A program made the translations under genes and the position numbers. The notes under the pieces were generated by a model that saw only the letters and a list, made by a program, of their open reading frames with translations, was not told the DNA's origin and did no database searches. A stretch of 64,000 nucleotides of DNA from an uncultured Elusimicrobia bacterium (GTDB lineage: Bacteria > Elusimicrobiota > Elusimicrobia > 2-01-FULL-59-12), in contig OY969767.1 in NCBI GenBank assembly GCA_963702895.1, positions 768,001-832,000 on the forward strand, written 5' to 3'. Shown here in pieces: positions 12,001-18,000 of this stretch. The first letter of the stretch is position 1; each line of letters opens with the position of its first letter.

Positions 12001-15000
12001 GTCCAGTTGGGTATGGCCCTGCGCGGGATGGTGCTCTTCTACGGTCGCGGCGGCGGCGGAAAGGTGGACCTTCTGGTGCGTTCCCGCCGGCCGATGCATT
12101 CCACAAGCCGAACACCTGCCTTGCCGGCAGCGTCCTTACCCACCACTACTCCTTCGAGCGCGCCTTCGATCGCAAAGGTCATTGTCGCGCTCGTGCTCGT
12201 CGGCTATACAGTCGCCGTCTTATCTGGATTTGTTGGACCCCCGAACTTCACAGTCACTCTTCTAATACCCATGGTCGCTGTTTCATTGTTTGGCCGGTCT
12301 TCACGATCAGCCGCTATTAGAAAGCAAGATCCTCTGCGAACCCCCGCTTCCCATACCGTCAAATACCTCTGGAATCTGCGCTCCTCCTTCCTGCCGTTCA
12401 GTCTCATTGCCGAAGACGCCTACGCGGCGATGATGCAGATCGTCGAAGGGTCCTGGGTTTTCTATACGCAAGCGATCTCTTTCTTCGGGGACAAGCCGCC
12501 GACCGTCGGAGCGGCCATGAACCCGGAAATGAAATACGTCGCGGACATGGGGGAACTGGTGAACCGCCTGGCGGCCAAACGGATGGCCTACAGCCCCACC
12601 GTGCCGCTCAATGTGAAGCAGGTTCAGCAGTTCACCCCCGGCGCTTTCTACGGGATAAAGCTCGCGGTGCTGGCCTTGAATGTGGCGTTTAATGTCTTGG
12701 CCATCCTTCTGCCGCTCGACCCGGCCCATTCCTTCCCCGTCCCCTGGTTATTCGTGGGCCAGGGAGGCTACTTGTCGCAGGCGATCAATATCGCGACCGT
12801 CCTCCTGTTGAACTTCAAGCTCGGCGCGCCTCTCGGCCTTTTGACCTTCCTGGGAGGCGTGGCCATCAATCCGGGATATTTCTGGATGTTCACTCTGCTG
12901 ATCCCGCTCTATGTGTGGTCCCAAAGCGCTTGGGGTATGACCGGGCTGTTTGATTTCCGGATGACGGCACGGGTGCCCCCGAACGCGCCTATCGGAATCC
13001 GTGATATGTACCGACTGCATCATTTGGGGATCATGCTGGCCGCGCCGCTGCTTCTGCTGATGCACAATTTCGCGGCCTACCATCCGATCGTTTTCTGGGT
13101 GACCGGTCTGCAATACGTGCTGATGCTGGTCGGCTGGATCATCGCGCCGCAGATATTGAACCCGCGAGAAGAGCGCGTGCAGAGCGTCCGGAACCGCCTG
13201 GTGCCCGTCGCGGTGATGACGGTCGTGGGCGTGTACGCGGGTCTCTTGCTGGGGTACAGCGGGGCCCTTTACCTCGCGCTGGGCTGGGCCGCTATGAAGT
13301 TGATCTTCTACAGAGACACTCTCAAGCAGGTCCGGGGCCACACCTCCGACGTGGATTCCCTCGCCATTATTGCTTTGTCGATCGCTTCCTACGGTAATCC
13401 CGTCCTGTTCCTGCTGCCGCTGGCCTGGGTGCTGATGGAGAGAAACCGCCGGCACTGGTTGATCGAACATCCCCGCACCGCCGCACGAATGGTGTGGAAT
13501 TTCATCCTCCGTCGTGGGGCCTGGGATGGGAGAGTCTTCAACGGATATCTCCCCAATTCCCTGCGGATGGCGGGGTGGGGTTTGGCTGACGTCGCGATGT
13601 TTATATTCGGGGGTCAGGAAATCACCCTCGACGGTGTGCGCGCGGTACGCCTGATTTCCTTTGGACCTCAGTGGTTGCAGGATATGACAGTAGTAAGGCC
13701 GATTGATCCGAATCCGGATTACCTGCGCTGGAACTGGAATCCGATGGTGGCGGCCCGCGGCCGGTTCCGCGGCATGGGATTGCTGCTGTTCGCGTCAAGC
13801 TTCCTGGTCTGGTTTGGTGCCAGCATGGAATTGGTCTTGTCGGCATTCTTGGTGTACGCGGCGCTGCGCTTTGGAATGTTTGTTTACCGAATCCGGCTCA
13901 CCCGGGAGCTTCGCGGGATCGTCGATGATTGGTACGCGCAGCGAAGAATTCGGGGCTACGCCACGCTCACCGCACAAGAGATTCACGATGAGATCGCCAG
14001 GGACCCGCGGTTGGGACCGCGCCTGAGGCGCATCGAACCCTTAAGAGGCGCGGCCCGGTCGCGAACGCAGCGGCTGATTGACGACGCCCTGCAGTTCGAC
14101 CGCTCCACCACCTTGTGCGCCATCTTCGACGAACGCTTCGCCTATTCCCTGGAGACCCTGACCCACGAACTGAAGATGGTCCGGGAAAGCTCCACCCTTT
14201 ACAAGATCCTGCCCACGATGTCTGTGGCCAGCCAGCACTACCAAAGCGTCACACCTCCCGCGCCGGTCCCGCCCGCCGTCAATCAAGGCCGACGTCGCTT
14301 CCTCAAACTCACCGGCGCGGCGGCGGCCGCTGTGGCGACCGCGGGAGCCTATAAGGCCCTGAATTCACTTTCTGAATGGGGGGCTGGGAAAGTGAAGGAG
14401 ATAAAACCCGGCGTGGAAAACTGGGCTTTCCCTGGCATGTCCGTTGCGCCGGAGGCATTATTTACGTCGGCGCCAAATGCGGCAAAAAGTGTGGTCATGA
14501 CCGAAGACCGGCAAAGCGGTCCGCAATGGATGGTTGATGGCAGGCGCATTTTGATGCGTCAGGGGGTGGCGTATCAACCGGTGGAACCCGATGAGCGTTA
14601 CTATGAAAACTATGTTTCTCCGAACCGGCTCGATGTGCTCTATGCCAAACTCCTGCCCAAGGAAGAGATCGCGGAGTTGGTGAGGACCAACCCCTACTTC
14701 AACGGGTTCGAGGGGCAGGGACGAAACGATGTGCAGGACCTTGCTCAGATAGGCATCACCGCCATCCGTATTTATCAAATGCCCATCCCCGAAGATGACG
14801 ATATGGCTAAATGGTCCCTGCAGGAACGGTTTGAAGTGCTCCGTTTCAAAGAAATCATGCGCCGGGTGGCGGCCCGCGGGATCCATGTGTATGTGAGCGA
14901 AGATTTGGGCGTCACCCGCCGGTCCCCGAAGGCCGCCGACGAGGCCTGGATCCAGGCGCGCGTGGAAAAGTTGGGGCGGATTTACGGCGACGAACCATGG

Positions 15001-18000
15001 CTGGCAGCCATTTCTCTGAGTAATGAAAACGAGCGTTTCCTGCCGGGCGGGGACGCGCATGAAGTGCGCGTCAATATGGAGCCTGCCGCCTATTACGCGA
15101 TGATGAACCGCGCGGCCGAGAAACTGAAAGCGGTCATAAGTCGAAAAGGTGCCTCCCGCCCAATTTTCCTGGGTCATGGGGATCCCAACCCTGAAGCGGT
15201 GCGCCAATTTTCCAGGTTGAGCGCTTTTGACGGCATTGGGTTTAACCTCTATACCAACCCAGGTGCTGTCCCAGGCCTGCGCGCCCAGGTCCAAAACGCC
15301 ACAGCGGGCCGCCGTGTGCCATTGCATCTCGTGGCGGCAGAATTCGGCCAGCTTGCCCCGACTTTCCGGGGATTGACCAACAGGGAACGGGCGGCGTTCC
15401 GCGCGGAAAGTTTTGAAGCTTGGATCACCGCTCTTGAAAATGACCACTGGGCTTCCCACATGGCTTTTGAGTACACGGATGAACGCGAGAAGGCCTCAGA
15501 CGAGGGGGTTGGAGCGGACAAGTACGGCATTCGCGGCATCGAAGTGATCAATAATGTATTTAAGAAACACGCCGAACCGCCGTTGCCCGCGGCCGCGCCC
15601 GTACCCTCTGCCGCGGCGCCCGTACCCTCCGCCGCCGCGCCGGCGGAGAGGCCGCGTGTGGATCCGGTTTCCGTCCGGAATTCCGGCCGGAATGCTGATG
15701 GAGGGCCATTCTTTGGCCTGTTGGCGCGACTGGCCTCTCCTGCCGGAGCTGTGGTTGGCGCAACGCTCGTCGTTGGCATCATGGCCTGGCTCATTCGAAT
15801 TCGTATTCATCGGCGCACTCAAGGAAACGCGCAAGGGCCCACACTGCGCGATGAGGAACCGCCGCCTGGATCACCACCTCTGCCAGAGGACGTTTCAAGC
15901 GAAGAGCCGACTCCCGCTGGAACTTCCCCTCGCGATCCGAATCCCAGCATGGGTCCAACGGACAATCCGGAGCGCCCGCCAAGAGCTGACGCACAAACGG
16001 TCGAAGGAGACCCCATCGGCAATGATCATGGAACACCCATCATGCGGATTGTGCTCCGGGCTGCTGGACTCTTAAAACAGCTTGATCAGCCTTCCCCGAA
16101 TTTGCCGTTGTTGAGAGATCAATATAGGGAGTTGGAAAGAGACGCACGCGAGGCAGGGGTTGATCGTTCGAATCTCGTTAGCGGAGCCCTGGAGAATCTT
16201 AGAACGAGACTCGGTAGGACCCCCGAATCTTCCCCGCAGCGCGTCGGTGACGAGACCCAAGACCTCGATGAATGGCCAATTAGCAGTCGAAATACCTTCG
16301 CGGCAGCCTTCATCAGCAGTATTGTGGCCTTAACTCCTTTCGCCCTGGCCTATGCCGGTGTCAAAATCGCGGGCTTGCCGGGTGATCCGCTCTACCGGTT
16401 GGCAATTGTTCTTGCGCTTGTGCCCGCCTATGCCGCCCTTCGCGTCTATGGACGAATGGCATGGGCCATCCGCCAAGCCAAACGCCAAGCTATACGCGAA
16501 GTCGAACAAGGCAAGAAAGGCCAATATCCGCTTGACCCCATCCTCGCGGCGGCCGAGAGCTTTGATCCTCGTCAGAACCCGAAGGACTTAAGCGGCGCGA
16601 TGGAAGAATACCGGACCTATATGGCCTTTACGCTCGGCGGCCAGATCCATGCCGACAAGGCGGCGCTCTCCCACATTCCACCGGAGCTCCAGGCCCAGAT
16701 CGTGTCCCACGAGCTTGCTCATGTCCAGCAGGATCGGGCAGGGGTCGTCCGCTTCCGTGAGGTCCGCGCCTTCTGGGCGGAATTGAAGGAATCGCTCCGG
16801 GAAGACTTCGGCTTTGATCTCGACAGACTCCTCACGCGGCGTTTTGGTTTGGGTTCTCTCGTGACTTTGGTCTTGATGGCGCTCGGCGCGCCGCCCGTTT
16901 CAATGGCGGCCATGCCTCCCGCGCATCGTCCACTCGGAACAAATGACATTCATCGTTATTTGTCGTCCTTGGACGTGAGCAACGGAGTCTTTAGTCCCGG
17001 CGACATCTCCACCATTATTCTGTTGGAATCCATGGCCGCGCAGGCAGACCGCTTCAGGGGGGCGCGGGTGTTGGATTTGATGGCGGGGTCCGGCGCGCTC
17101 AGTCTCTATGCGGCGCAGCTCGGCGCCCGAGAAGTTGTCTCGGTCGACATCGACCCACAAGCTCTTGAAGACACGCGCCATAACGCGCGCGCCTTCGGGT
17201 TCGCGGATCGCATTCGAGCGGTCCAGAAAGACGTCATCCATGACCGCTTCGATGATCTCGGGCAATTCGACATCATTCTGTTCTCGCCTCCCCCGTTATA
17301 CATCGAAGGTGTGACAACAAGTTTGGCGGATAGGCTCAAGGAATTGCCCGCGCATGCCGTTGATTCGGACGCCCGCATCCTTGATCGAGTTGTCCAGCAA
17401 GATGGGATTGCCCAGTCGGCGTTGACGCCGGATGGCCACATGATCGCCTTCTTGGCCTACATGACTCCCGTTCTTGAGCGAATCCGCGATGGTGGGTTCG
17501 ATCGGCATCTCCTTAGACCCGTTTCTCTGGATTTTGGAGGCTATGCGGCTTTCGAAATCCGCCGGCAGGGAACCCCAGCGCAACCTTCTCAGAGAGACCC
17601 TTCCAATGGCTCGGTGGACACTTCATTCCCGCAGAGGGTTGATGGTGGGCCGACATCCGACAGTACGCGGAGAACTAATATCAATGCCGCGGTCAAGAAG
17701 CGGTTGGTGGACTACCTGGCGGCGGCGCGGGCGAGGGACAGCTTCGGGGTGCTCAATACTGCCATGGAAATGCCCGTTCTCACCATAGCCGGCAAGGAAC
17801 TCAAGCAGCCGGGGCCGGGCGGCGGCGGGCAGGGCGTGGTCCTCAAGGAACAGCCCCAGGAAGTGGGCAAGCAGGGCGTGGCGACCGCGGTCCTTTCGCA
17901 GCTTCCCAAGGCGTTTGTCGAAGAGCATTACCAGGGCTCGATCGAGAAGTTCCTAGCGGACTACGACCAGGGCCAAAAACTGATGGACATCGAGATCCCG

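Noticed and set aside
15586..15640. 21-bp tandem repeat in ORF1
   Set aside because: Encodes an ordinary Ala/Pro linker (AAPVPSA x2).
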